Part shown: positions 21,040 through 31,213 of the stretch, piece after piece | Position numbering within the stretch: position 1 is the stretch's first letter | How the letters are laid out: every line of letters begins with the position of its first letter | Source: a virus | Direction: 5' to 3' (one strand) | Virus record (IMG/VR): IMGVR_UViG_3300036770_008028 | Location: 64,001 to 128,000 of that record | Length of the DNA: 64,000 nt | Position numbers and translations under genes: made by a program | The notes under the pieces: generated by a model | The model's database searches: none | The model's input: the letters and a program-made list of their open reading frames with translations, nothing else | Told to the model about the DNA's origin: nothing

Positions 21040-21838
21040 ACACGAACGCGGATACTTGGTGATCGCCCAGAATACTGACACAGTGGACTATCTGCGCTGT
21101 GCCCGTGTGTTGGCCCGTAGCCTGCGCCGTGTGGAACCCGAGGCCAAGATATGTCTCCTCACTGATCGCGCTGACGTTGACGCTGAAGATTTTGATTTTG
21201 TAAGGACTTTCCCCTTTGGTGACCAAAGCGGAGACAGTGAGTGGAAGTTGCACAACGATTGGCAGTGCTTCTATGCTACGCCTTTCCGCCAGACCATCAA
21301 GATCGAAGCCGACGTAGTGGTACCCCACAGGATAGATCATTGGTTTGATGTCTGCCAGAGTCGAGACGTGGTCTTGACCATTGGTGCGAGAAACTGGCGC
21401 AACGAGTTATCCCCATCCCGTCATTATCGCAAAGTGTTTGACGACAACGACCTTCCTGATGTATACAATGCCATCACTTACTGGAGATTTAGCCGAGACG
21501 CTGAGATCTTTTTCAATACAGTAAAAAAGATCATGGGGGCCTGGCCAGCAGTGATGTCCGAATTAAAATTCGCGGCTGATCAACCCGTGAACACTGATCT
21601 GGCCTATGCGGTAGCAGCAAAGATGCTGGGCACAGAAAAATTCACGTTGCCGATGTCGGTTCCTAGCATGATACATCTCAAGCCTAGATTCAATAATCTG
21701 GCCTCTGACTCCTGGTGCAAAGAACTGGTATGGGAGATACTGCCCGATGGCATACGCATCAATACCGTGAACCAGACATGGCCTATACACTATCAGGAAA
21801 AAGCATTCGCCGAAGAGTTGGAGCGCCACTATGGATGA
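21029..21838 (+). CDS. GT-A-fold glycosyltransferase-like protein (paralogue of the previous gene)
   Basis: TPFRQTIKIEADV (ExD); NTDLAYAVA matches RNDFAVSIA of the upstream paralogue. Confidence 0.6.
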   Translation: MQFEHERGYLVIAQNTDTVDYLRCARVLARSLRRVEPEAKICLLTDRADVDAEDFDFVRTFPFGDQSGDSEWKLHNDWQCFYATPFRQTIKIEADVVVPHRIDHWFDVCQSRDVVLTIGARNWRNELSPSRHYRKVFDDNDLPDVYNAITYWRFSRDAEIFFNTVKKIMGAWPAVMSELKFAADQPVNTDLAYAVAAKMLGTEKFTLPMSVPSMIHLKPRFNNLASDSWCKELVWEILPDGIRINTVNQTWPIHYQEKAFAEELERHYG

Positions 21839-22160
21839 ATTCTGGAAAGCAGTGGCAGAGGTCAACTGGGCTCCGCCTCCTCCGCCCGAATATCGTGTGT
21901 ATTACGATCCTGCCACTGGTGACATCATCGAGTACACCACCGAACATCACGACGGGGAATTTATCGTGGTGGACCGAGAAACATTTGCCTGCAATCGATT
22001 TGAACCCAAGATACGCGACGGGAGGATCACTTGGCCAGGTCCGCAAATCACCAAATTGGTACACAGTGCTGAGGGCACGACCTGCGATCCCTATGACATC
22101 ACGATCATCACAGATGCGCTCGAAGCACAACATTGGAGATTGAAGATCTATGAAAGTTGA
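21831..22160 (+). CDS. Hypothetical protein, 109 aa
   Basis: Overlaps both neighbours in operon fashion. Confidence 0.6.
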   Translation: MDEFWKAVAEVNWAPPPPPEYRVYYDPATGDIIEYTTEHHDGEFIVVDRETFACNRFEPKIRDGRITWPGPQITKLVHSAEGTTCDPYDITIITDALEAQHWRLKIYES

Positions 22161-23076
22161 TATCGCAGAACTGGACTGTGTATACCTCAGTTACGATGAA
22201 CCCGAGAAAGAAGAATTCTGGGTCAAGATACGAAATATGGTGCCCTGGGCTCGGCGTGTGGATGGTGTGAAAGGATCCGATGCTGCACACAAGGCTGCTG
22301 CCGATGCTTCAGACACAGAACGTTTTATCTTGATTGACGGTGACAATATTCCGGATCCGGAGTTTTTTAATCTCACCATGGAATTCCCAGACGAGTCATG
22401 GGAGCAGGCGGTGTTCCGTTGGCGTGCCCGCAATCATATCAATGGTCTCATGTACGGTAACGGTGGTATCAGTTCGTGGACAAAGGATTTTGTGCTTAAC
22501 ATGAAGACCCACGAAAATACCGACGGACGCGACGAGACCGTAGTGGAATTTTGTTTTGATCCCTTGTATTGGCCCATGCACGATTGTTACAGTACCACGT
22601 ATCCTAATGGGTCGGCTTTCCATGCCTGGCGTGCAGGATTCCGTGAAGGTGTGAAGATGTGTTTGGATGCCGGCCGTCGTCCTACCACGGCAGAATTCCG
22701 TGACCGAGTACATCGACGCAATCTCGATCATCTCACTATCTGGCACAATGTAGGACAGGATGTGGAACATGGTGCATGGGCCATAGCTGGTGCTCGTCAA
22801 GGTACCTTTAAGACCATGCTTACAGACTGGGATTATAGAGAAGTACAATGGTTTGATGCGCTGGAACGTATATGGAACGAAGAAACAGCACAGCAAGATC
22901 CTGACAGCATCAGTAGAGATTGCGAAGATGCGCTAAAAATCCAACTGGATTTGCCTATGTGCATGATGCCGGCGTCGCAGAGTCGATTTTTCAAACATCA
23001 CTATCGTAGCAACTGGCACAATCGAGGAGTGATGACACGAGAGATTGACGTGATAAGGCAACAAGAAGGATGGTAA
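22150..23076 (+). CDS. Glycosyltransferase-like protein (GT-A type)
   Basis: RVDGVKGSDAAHKAAA...FILIDGDN (DxD). AWRAGFREGVK is shared with the C-terminal domain of 40191-42023. Confidence 0.6.
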   Translation: MKVDIAELDCVYLSYDEPEKEEFWVKIRNMVPWARRVDGVKGSDAAHKAAADASDTERFILIDGDNIPDPEFFNLTMEFPDESWEQAVFRWRARNHINGLMYGNGGISSWTKDFVLNMKTHENTDGRDETVVEFCFDPLYWPMHDCYSTTYPNGSAFHAWRAGFREGVKMCLDAGRRPTTAEFRDRVHRRNLDHLTIWHNVGQDVEHGAWAIAGARQGTFKTMLTDWDYREVQWFDALERIWNEETAQQDPDSISRDCEDALKIQLDLPMCMMPASQSRFFKHHYRSNWHNRGVMTREIDVIRQQEGW

Positions 23077-23102
23077 GATATACCCATTGGTAAAGGATAA
23101 AA

Positions 23103-23720
23103 ATGCCCGCAAAACTTTTCTCTCAAATTTTTTCTCAAGATGAGATCAAACAGATAATAGACTACTATGCCACGCAACCGGTAATGGCACAGGACGAATG
23201 GTCCATCAACAAAGGTCTAGAATATTTCATACCAGGTAGTTTTATCGAAAAACTTTGCGGCCCAAAAATAACGGCAGTACTGGGTCCTCATGAATTTGCT
23301 ACTGGTGCCTATAAAGAATGTATCAAACCATATCCATTGCATGTGGACACCCATGTTGCTCATGATGAACTGAAAACCGTGACCAATTTTTCTGATCGTA
23401 AGATTCATGATCGGGCTCTATTGATACCATTGGTTCAAGGAGATTTTTTTAGAACAGTAATTTTTGATTGTGTATCATCCGAGAATGATTTTGATGATGA
23501 TATTGTTAATTGGATAGGACAACCGAATCATTTGCAGATCGAAGATTTCTCCCATTGTGTCAGAGACTTTAATCGGCACATCCAGTATCTGCCAGTGGAC
23601 TTAGATTATAAGTGGTCACTCGGAGACATGATAATGTGGAATCGAGATCAATTACACATCAGCACAGATTTTACAAGGTCGACTCAAACTAAACGATTCT
23701 TGATATTTTTCGTAGCATGA
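23103..23720 (+). CDS. Putative 2OG-Fe(II) oxygenase-like protein
   Basis: HxD (LHVDT), distal H (LHIS) and C-terminal KRFL. SD AAGGA. Confidence 0.5.
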   Translation: MPAKLFSQIFSQDEIKQIIDYYATQPVMAQDEWSINKGLEYFIPGSFIEKLCGPKITAVLGPHEFATGAYKECIKPYPLHVDTHVAHDELKTVTNFSDRKIHDRALLIPLVQGDFFRTVIFDCVSSENDFDDDIVNWIGQPNHLQIEDFSHCVRDFNRHIQYLPVDLDYKWSLGDMIMWNRDQLHISTDFTRSTQTKRFLIFFVA

Positions 23721-25123
23721 TTGATATTTTGATATGTTCTGTACCGGGCACTTTTAGTGATAGGCCTGCATTGGCTCCGGCAGTGTTAAAAGCATCTGTA
23801 CAGGAATACGGCTACACAGCAGTGGCATTGGATCTAAATATCGAGGTGTACAACGCCGTTAAGAAAAGCAGCAATCGAGTCATGCTGGAAAATTTTTTCC
23901 TCCGCCAAGAAATCAGTCCGCAGACTTCGACTGAAATCGGAGACTTGATAGAATATTGTATACAGCGTATCGTGTCTTATAAACCTCGGGTATTGGCACT
24001 GAGTTTGCTAACACAAGACAATCAGTTTTTCGCGATCTGGCTGTGTTGGTATGTTAAAATACAACATCCAGAATTACATATCGTGATAGGTGGCAGCGGA
24101 ATCAAAAATTTTATCGCAGAATCTAACATCAGTTTTGCCCAACTTTTATACGATAAATCGTTGATTGACGGTTATATCAACGGCGATGGAGAGTGCAGTC
24201 TGGTAGAGTACCTCAAGGACAATCGTGATTTTCCTGGAATAAATCACAGTGATTGGGAACCCGTGCAAGATCTAAATGCAATACCTTTTGCGGATTTTGA
24301 TGATTATACTTTTTCCAATTACAAAGAACCTGGAATTCCTATCTGCGACAGCAGAGGCTGTGTTAGATCCTGTGAATTTTGTGACATAATAGAACACTGG
24401 AAAAAATATCAATATCGCAGAGCAGAACATATCTTTGAAGAAATGCAGCATCAGATCCAGAAACACAACATCAAACGTTTTTTCTTTTATAATAGCCTGA
24501 CCAATGGAAACATGAAAGAATTTCGTAAACTGTTGGAAATGATTAGCGATTACAACAGTCGATGTCCAGAGCAGACTATTTCCTGGGATGGTTACTTTAT
24601 CGTCAGAAATAGCAAGCAGCATCCTGACGAATTATGGCAATTGATTAAACGAAGCAATGGTTCTCTGCAACTTGGTATCGAAAGTGTAGTAGAGCCGGTA
24701 CGTGTGTCCTTAGGAAAAAACTTCACCAATCCAGACATCGATTATCATCTAGAAATGGCAAAAAAATATCAAATACCGTTGCTGTTGTTGTTAATCGTTG
24801 GCTATCCAACTGAGACCAAACAAGATTTTGAATATACTAAACAGTGGTTCCGCGATCGAAAAGATTTCGCTGGCGATCCTGTGACACAGGTTGTTTTTAG
24901 CTTGGCTGCCATATTGCCAAATACCAAGTTGGATAGAAAAAGCACAGAATATGGAATTACTAAAGGAGAAATCCCCACAATCTGGATGCAACAATCTATA
25001 TCAGTTACCTTGCAAGATAGATTACAATATCATAATGAACTCGGCCAATTGCTTCAAGATTTACGATTCAGTGTCAGTGACGGCGGGAAATCAGTTGAAG
25101 TTTTCCAGGCGGAGATTTCATGA
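23717..25123 (+). CDS. B12-binding-domain (class B-like) radical SAM protein
   Basis: N-terminal PALAPAVLKA...DLN...IVIGGS domain; SRGCVRSCEFC (CxxxCxxC); LGIES and IVGYPTET motifs. Confidence 0.8.
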   Translation: MIDILICSVPGTFSDRPALAPAVLKASVQEYGYTAVALDLNIEVYNAVKKSSNRVMLENFFLRQEISPQTSTEIGDLIEYCIQRIVSYKPRVLALSLLTQDNQFFAIWLCWYVKIQHPELHIVIGGSGIKNFIAESNISFAQLLYDKSLIDGYINGDGECSLVEYLKDNRDFPGINHSDWEPVQDLNAIPFADFDDYTFSNYKEPGIPICDSRGCVRSCEFCDIIEHWKKYQYRRAEHIFEEMQHQIQKHNIKRFFFYNSLTNGNMKEFRKLLEMISDYNSRCPEQTISWDGYFIVRNSKQHPDELWQLIKRSNGSLQLGIESVVEPVRVSLGKNFTNPDIDYHLEMAKKYQIPLLLLLIVGYPTETKQDFEYTKQWFRDRKDFAGDPVTQVVFSLAAILPNTKLDRKSTEYGITKGEIPTIWMQQSISVTLQDRLQYHNELGQLLQDLRFSVSDGGKSVEVFQAEIS

Positions 25124-25572
25124 AACAGGTTCCTGTGTCTCTGATGATACAATCCCATCATTGTAACGGATCAATGTCTTTGAAACTGTTCAACGATGAT
25201 CGGAATCTTCTAGATTTGACAAGTCTAGAATCGGGCCATCACAAACTAGATTTCATGATCGACTGGCCTTCAAAGATAAGGATCTTTGTCGAAGGAAAAA
25301 ATCAAAACGATACCGAGGTCGACAGCGGTGGTAATGTGATAGCAGATAAAGCCATTGAACTCATCTCAATCATGATAAACAATTTTCCATTACATCCTGA
25401 TCTAATAGATAAATTATGTTGCTGCCGCAGATCAAATCAACAGTCTATAAGTCATGAGAATTATTGGGGCTTTAATGGACTAGTGGAAATCATTTTCGAT
25501 CATGCCAACCCATTGAGATTTATGTTGGCATTATCGAGTAAATTTGAAATACCACGATTAGAAAATCAATGA
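25120..25572 (+). CDS. Hypothetical protein, 150 aa (paralogue of 52221-52691)
   Basis: GKNQNDTEVDSGGNVIADKAIELISIMI aligns with DKTDQDLVLDQDDIIDHYVEIMDIEI. Confidence 0.6.
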   Translation: MKQVPVSLMIQSHHCNGSMSLKLFNDDRNLLDLTSLESGHHKLDFMIDWPSKIRIFVEGKNQNDTEVDSGGNVIADKAIELISIMINNFPLHPDLIDKLCCCRRSNQQSISHENYWGFNGLVEIIFDHANPLRFMLALSSKFEIPRLENQ

Positions 25573-26969
25573 CCACTAACAAAAGCCAATTCCTCAGCGA
25601 CGCTGAATCGATAAAAGAACGACTGGATTCAGTGAGCCCTTGCCTGTGCTTGGCCAAATGGAAGCAGGTCAGCCTGCACCTTACTACTGGACTCAATAAT
25701 AGTTGTTACCATCCACCGTTACATCGCATACCCATAGAAGAGATCAAACGCGATCCGGGTGCGTTACACAATACCCAGCACAAAAAAGAGCAACGGAAAA
25801 TGATGTTGCGTGGCAAAAGGCCTGCTGAATGTCAGTACTGTTGGAACATGGAAGATCTTGGTCAGATGTCGGACCGTCACTATCGTTCTGGAGAGCCCTG
25901 GGCTGCCGTGGATTTCGACCATATCGCAAATTCAACCGGAGATGAAGATGATGTCGTACCTAGTTATGTTGAAGTTAATTTTAATCACGCTTGCAATCTC
26001 AAGTGCAGCTATTGTAGTCCACAATTTTCGTCATCTTGGCAGGATGAATCGCAACGTCTGGGTGCCTATCCTACTAGCACTCCTCATAACGCTCCCGAGC
26101 ATTTCCTTGGAGATCGTCGCCCGATCCCTGTGAGAGAATATAATCCCTATGTGGAAGCCTTCTGGCAGTGGTGGCCTACACTGTATCCCAAACTCAGGCA
26201 TTTCCGCATGACCGGTGGCGAGCCGCTCATGGACAAGAACACATATCGAGTGTTTGACTACGTATTGGCCTTGCCCAAACCAGATCTGCATCTCAACGTC
26301 ACAAGCAACTTCTCGGTGGAAGAGAAACTGTGGCAGAAGTATCTAGACTATACCAAAAGTCTTTGCTCGACCAATATCGAACACTTCATGCAGTATGTTT
26401 CAATCGATTCGGGCTATATCGCACATGCCGAATACATACGCCACGGATTAGATGCTGCCAAATGCCTAGGACGTGTGGCACAGTGGCTGGATGAGATACC
26501 GGGACGAAACAGTCTCACTTTCATAATCACTATGAACAATCTGTCAGTGCTGGGTCTGCAGAAACTTTTGGAATTTGTTTTAGATCTAAGACGCACACAC
26601 AGCACCACCTATCAACGTGTGTGGTTCGACACGCCGGTGCTTCGACAGCCTGCTTGGCAGAGCCTGCAGACCTTGCCCGAAAGTTATGCTGCCATCTTGG
26701 AACGCACCGCAGACTGGATGGAACTGAACATGGAAACCGCAGCGGATCCTTTCCACGGATTCAAAGATTTCGAAGTGCAACGTCTGAGGCGTGACATAGC
26801 CTGGATGCGTAAAGGTCAGACCTTGCCGGCGCAGCAAGTAAATAAAGACAAAGCAGATTTTTATCGTTTCTTTTTAGAACACGACCGACGCCGCGGTACC
26901 AATTTCCTGTCAACATTTCCTGAAATGACTGCCTGGTGGAAAGAGTGTGAATACCATGCCAAACAATGA
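25569..26969 (+). CDS. Radical SAM protein with N-terminal twitch-like Cys cluster
   Basis: CLAKW...SCYH...CQYCW followed by CNLKCSYC and TGGEP. Confidence 0.85.
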   Translation: MTTNKSQFLSDAESIKERLDSVSPCLCLAKWKQVSLHLTTGLNNSCYHPPLHRIPIEEIKRDPGALHNTQHKKEQRKMMLRGKRPAECQYCWNMEDLGQMSDRHYRSGEPWAAVDFDHIANSTGDEDDVVPSYVEVNFNHACNLKCSYCSPQFSSSWQDESQRLGAYPTSTPHNAPEHFLGDRRPIPVREYNPYVEAFWQWWPTLYPKLRHFRMTGGEPLMDKNTYRVFDYVLALPKPDLHLNVTSNFSVEEKLWQKYLDYTKSLCSTNIEHFMQYVSIDSGYIAHAEYIRHGLDAAKCLGRVAQWLDEIPGRNSLTFIITMNNLSVLGLQKLLEFVLDLRRTHSTTYQRVWFDTPVLRQPAWQSLQTLPESYAAILERTADWMELNMETAADPFHGFKDFEVQRLRRDIAWMRKGQTLPAQQVNKDKADFYRFFLEHDRRRGTNFLSTFPEMTAWWKECEYHAKQ

Positions 26970-28296
26970 TCTAGAATTCCGCCAGCAAGTGCTGGACCCA
27001 ATCTCTTCCAGTTTCTGCGGAGCCAAATGGTACAATGCCACCATCTGGCTAGGTTCCGGCATGACCACATCATGCCACCATCCCCCGGCGCACCCGGTCG
27101 ACATTGATGCAGTGAAATCCAATCCCCGCCTGTTGCACAACACCGCCCAGAAGAAACAGGACCGTGCAGACATGCAGGCTGGTCGCAGGCCCGCAGGCTG
27201 TGAATACTGCTGGAAGATCGAAGACATGGGGCGCGATGCTGTGAGCGATCGCATATATAAGAGCAAGATTTATGAAATACATGACCTACATACGGCTGCT
27301 CGCACGCCGCCAGATCAAGATATCAATCTCAAAACCCTTGAGATATCATTTGATCGTACTTGCCAGTTTGCTTGCTCTTACTGTAATCCTGCTTTCAGTA
27401 GTACATGGGTTAAAGATATTAGGAACCATGGACCCTACCTCGACCTTGTTTCAGACGGTAGAAATCATTTTACTCACGAGCATGATAGTGCTCAACGCTT
27501 TCGCTTTGGAGAACGTAATCCATACGTGGATGCGTTTTTCTCGTGGTGGGAAACCGATCTTCACCGCACACTGGACGAACTCCGTATTACAGGCGGCGAG
27601 CCGCTCATGTCCGGATACACATGGAAACTTGTTGACTGGTTCCGGGACAATCCAGGACGATCCAAAACCAGACTGGCCATAAACTCAAATCTTGGCATGG
27701 AATTTGACACGATCAAGAGATTGTTGGATTCCACCCAGGGCCTTGAACTAGATATCTATACTTCAAACGAAAGCATGGACGTACATGCCGAGTATATCCG
27801 CGATGGCCTGGCCTGGCCCCAGTGGATCTACAACATGCGACAGATCATGGAATCCGGCCGTGTGCGAGCTCTGCACGTGATGTGCACCATAAATGCCTTG
27901 TGCCTAGAGAGCCTGCCGGAATTCCTGGATCAACTCATGTGGTGGAAAAATCACTACGGAACCAATTTCCCCAACTTTACCCTGAATATCTTGCGCTTCC
28001 CCAGTTTCCAGTCGCCCTTGGTATTGCCTGACGATATCCGCATGCGGCATCGAGATCGTCTACAGTGCTGGCTGGATCAGTGGACCAACAATGTCATGCT
28101 GCAGGAACATGAACGCAACCATGTCAGACGGCTGATAGACTATCTTGACGTTGTCAAAACTCCGCACAGCGACGCGTTTGACATGCCACGATTACACAAC
28201 GACTTCCGTCGGTTTTTTACCCAGTACGATCAACGCCGCGGTAAAGATTTTGTCACGACTTTTTCAAATCTCAAAGATTGGTATCTCTCATTATGA
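26956..28296 (+). CDS. Radical SAM protein with N-terminal twitch-like Cys cluster
   Basis: CGAKW...SCHH...CEYCW; CQFACSYC; TGGEP. Close paralogue of the previous gene. Confidence 0.85.
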   Translation: MPNNDLEFRQQVLDPISSSFCGAKWYNATIWLGSGMTTSCHHPPAHPVDIDAVKSNPRLLHNTAQKKQDRADMQAGRRPAGCEYCWKIEDMGRDAVSDRIYKSKIYEIHDLHTAARTPPDQDINLKTLEISFDRTCQFACSYCNPAFSSTWVKDIRNHGPYLDLVSDGRNHFTHEHDSAQRFRFGERNPYVDAFFSWWETDLHRTLDELRITGGEPLMSGYTWKLVDWFRDNPGRSKTRLAINSNLGMEFDTIKRLLDSTQGLELDIYTSNESMDVHAEYIRDGLAWPQWIYNMRQIMESGRVRALHVMCTINALCLESLPEFLDQLMWWKNHYGTNFPNFTLNILRFPSFQSPLVLPDDIRMRHRDRLQCWLDQWTNNVMLQEHERNHVRRLIDYLDVVKTPHSDAFDMPRLHNDFRRFFTQYDQRRGKDFVTTFSNLKDWYLSL

Positions 28297-29999
28297 CCAT
28301 GCTGGAACTGATAGATCAGTATCAAAAAATTTATGACGTCGTGGCAGTGATTAATCTGGATCAGTGCTTTGACGTACCGTTTTATCAAAGAGAAATTTGG
28401 CTCAAATCGCAGATCGAACCTGCGTGGAGAAACCAATTCACTGAAAATCAGCGGGTGATTTTCACCATGACTCAGGGCGAGGAGTATAGTTCGCAGCACA
28501 GCCAGCGACCCAACATACTTTCTATTGTGCAAAAACTTTTAAATGAAGTTGATATCAGCAATTGTTTTGTGATTGTGCTGACCAATGACTGCCAAAATGT
28601 CGAATCACAAAAACAATATCTCAAACAGATCAGCACAGATAGCACTGCAATCACTTGGTACGTGTTTGATGATCCTCCATGGCCTGGATCAAAGCATGTG
28701 AAATCTTTGCCACAGGATTATGAATACAATAGCAGCCGTCCTGTGAAGATCGACCTGTCAGATCTGGACATCCGACAGCAGAATCTCTTGATGCAGAGCA
28801 AAGTGTTTTGCATGTACCCATGGGTACATCTACATGCCTACCCCACCGGAGAAGCCTGGCCGTGCTGCCAATCAGAGATGAAAGCCGGTGCAGTAGGTAA
28901 TTGTAAAACGCATACCTTGAGCGAGATCTGGAACAACACGCGTATGAAAGAACTACGAGTCAACATGTTGACAGGTATCCCAGATCCGCTGTGTGTGCGA
29001 TGTTACGAGCAAGAAGACAGCGGTTTTTTTTCTGGTAGACAAAGCGCAAATAAACATCACGGTCATCACATAGGACGTGTGGCTCATACCGCTGAAGATG
29101 GCCACCTTAGTCAATTCTCATTGACATATTGGGACATCCGATTTTCAAATCTGTGCAATCTACGTTGCCGCAGTTGTGGTCACATCTTTTCGAGCCAGTG
29201 GTACCAGGATCAGGCCAAACTGGCAGGGCATGAGTGGAAGTCGCGTAATCAAGTGTTGAACTATGCCGGCCGCACAGAACTCGACATGTGGGAACAACTA
29301 GAACCTCACTTGGACTGTGTGGAGCAGATCTATTTCGCTGGTGGCGAACCTTTGCTGATGGAGGAGCACTATCGCATCCTGGACGAGCTGGTGAAACGTA
29401 AACTGTTCCATGTGCGTCTAATCTACAATACCAATTTCACACACACCGATCTCAAAGGCCGTAGTGTGTTTGAGTACTGGAAGCAATTTCACAGTGTATC
29501 TGTTGGAGCCAGCTTGGACGCACAGGAAGAAAAAGCAGAATACATCCGGAAAGGCACTGATTGGGCCGCAGTAGAACAGAACAGACGAGACATGTTGGCC
29601 ATATGTCCAGAAGTGGATTTCTATGTATCCCCCACACTGAGTGTGCTCAATGCCTGGCATTTGCCTGATTTTCATCGATCCTGGGTTGATAAAGGCTTGA
29701 TACGAGCACAGGATCTTAATGTAAACATTTTGCAGGATCCGGCATATTATCGTATAGACATAGCGCCCATGGAGTACAAACAGCGATTGAGAGTGAAGTT
29801 TGAAGAACATCTTGATTGGTTACGATCTCGAGACCCGTTGCAACGTGCTACAGTGGGATTTACCAGCGCGATTAAATTCATGATGGCCACCGATAACAGT
29901 CATCTCCTTGACAAATTTTGGTCAAAAACCAAAGAACTGGATGCTATCCGAGGAGAAAACATACTGCAAGTGCTGCCAGAATTAGAGGCCATGCAATGA
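28293..29999 (+). CDS. Radical SAM protein (N-terminal extension + twitch + rSAM)
   Basis: CMYPW...PCC...CVRC; CNLRCRSC; AGGEP. Confidence 0.85.
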   Translation: MTMLELIDQYQKIYDVVAVINLDQCFDVPFYQREIWLKSQIEPAWRNQFTENQRVIFTMTQGEEYSSQHSQRPNILSIVQKLLNEVDISNCFVIVLTNDCQNVESQKQYLKQISTDSTAITWYVFDDPPWPGSKHVKSLPQDYEYNSSRPVKIDLSDLDIRQQNLLMQSKVFCMYPWVHLHAYPTGEAWPCCQSEMKAGAVGNCKTHTLSEIWNNTRMKELRVNMLTGIPDPLCVRCYEQEDSGFFSGRQSANKHHGHHIGRVAHTAEDGHLSQFSLTYWDIRFSNLCNLRCRSCGHIFSSQWYQDQAKLAGHEWKSRNQVLNYAGRTELDMWEQLEPHLDCVEQIYFAGGEPLLMEEHYRILDELVKRKLFHVRLIYNTNFTHTDLKGRSVFEYWKQFHSVSVGASLDAQEEKAEYIRKGTDWAAVEQNRRDMLAICPEVDFYVSPTLSVLNAWHLPDFHRSWVDKGLIRAQDLNVNILQDPAYYRIDIAPMEYKQRLRVKFEEHLDWLRSRDPLQRATVGFTSAIKFMMATDNSHLLDKFWSKTKELDAIRGENILQVLPELEAMQ

Positions 30000-31213
30000 A
30001 TGTGCCTCACGAAAAATTCTGTATCCTGCCCTGGATCAGTTTAGAAGCCAGCCCTGTTGGCACAGTGCGACCTTGTTGTCTGGCAGAAGAAGAGATCTCT
30101 GACGATGACGGAAACAAGTTTGAATTGATCGACGCAGAATTTTCTTCAGTGCAAAACAGTAGATACATGCGAGATCTCAGACAGCAATTCTTGGATCAAA
30201 AACAACCACGCACCTGTCGCAAATGCTGGAACGAGGAGCGTGCTGGCCGGACCTCCAAGCGCATGCATACCTTGGACCGTCTCAAACACATGGTCACGGA
30301 CCGTGATTGGACCGCAGATGCCAAGCCATTGATGTTCTTGGATCTCAAATTGGGAAATATCTGTAATCTCAAATGCCGTATCTGTGGGTCATGGAGCAGC
30401 AGCCAGTTTGCCGCCGAAGAGTTGCATTTCTTGAGGCAAGAAGAAAAAAAGACCAGTGTACACTATGAGATGCTGAAAAAAGGAGCATGGCCTCGAGAGA
30501 ACAAACGATTCTGGCAAGAAGTCGACACTGTGCTTGACCAGATACGCTATATCGAATTCACCGGCGGCGAACCTTTCATGATACGTGAGCACTTTGAAAT
30601 GTTACAGGGCATCGTGGATCGTGGTATCGCACACCAGGTCGAGATACACTATAATACCAATGGTACACAATGGCCGGAAGCTGCCGAACAGATCTGGCAG
30701 CACTTCAAAACAGTAGAGATCGCTTTCAGCATCGACGACCTTGACAGCAGATTTGAGTATCAAAGAACCAATGCGATATGGCAAGAAGTGATCACGAATC
30801 TACAGCGTTTCCGAGATCTTAGGTCTCGATACAAAAATATAACTCTGCAGGTATGTTCCACAGTGAACGTGTTCAATGTGTTTTATCTTGAAAGCCTGGC
30901 ACACTGGATAGACTCTCAGGATTTTGATTTCATTTATTGGAACATGCTACACGAGGCCTATTATCTTTCTGTGGGCACCATGCCAGACAAGGCCAAACAA
31001 GAAGCCATACGTAGGTTAGAAAACGCCGAGGTGAGAGATTTCCATCGCAGCGAATTCAATCGAGTGGCTGATTTCATCCGCAATGGTAACAGCCTGGACG
31101 GGAATATCTTGCGCATGAAAGTGGCCGACCTAGATCGCAAACGCAGTACGGATCTCAGAGTGGATCATCTGGATCTGGCCTTGGCCATTGATTACAACGG
31201 TCCCAATGGATAA
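29996..31213 (+). CDS. Radical SAM protein with N-terminal twitch domain
   Basis: CILPW...PCC...CRKC; CNLKCRIC; TGGEP; ATGA overlap start. Confidence 0.85.
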   Translation: MNVPHEKFCILPWISLEASPVGTVRPCCLAEEEISDDDGNKFELIDAEFSSVQNSRYMRDLRQQFLDQKQPRTCRKCWNEERAGRTSKRMHTLDRLKHMVTDRDWTADAKPLMFLDLKLGNICNLKCRICGSWSSSQFAAEELHFLRQEEKKTSVHYEMLKKGAWPRENKRFWQEVDTVLDQIRYIEFTGGEPFMIREHFEMLQGIVDRGIAHQVEIHYNTNGTQWPEAAEQIWQHFKTVEIAFSIDDLDSRFEYQRTNAIWQEVITNLQRFRDLRSRYKNITLQVCSTVNVFNVFYLESLAHWIDSQDFDFIYWNMLHEAYYLSVGTMPDKAKQEAIRRLENAEVRDFHRSEFNRVADFIRNGNSLDGNILRMKVADLDRKRSTDLRVDHLDLALAIDYNGPNG

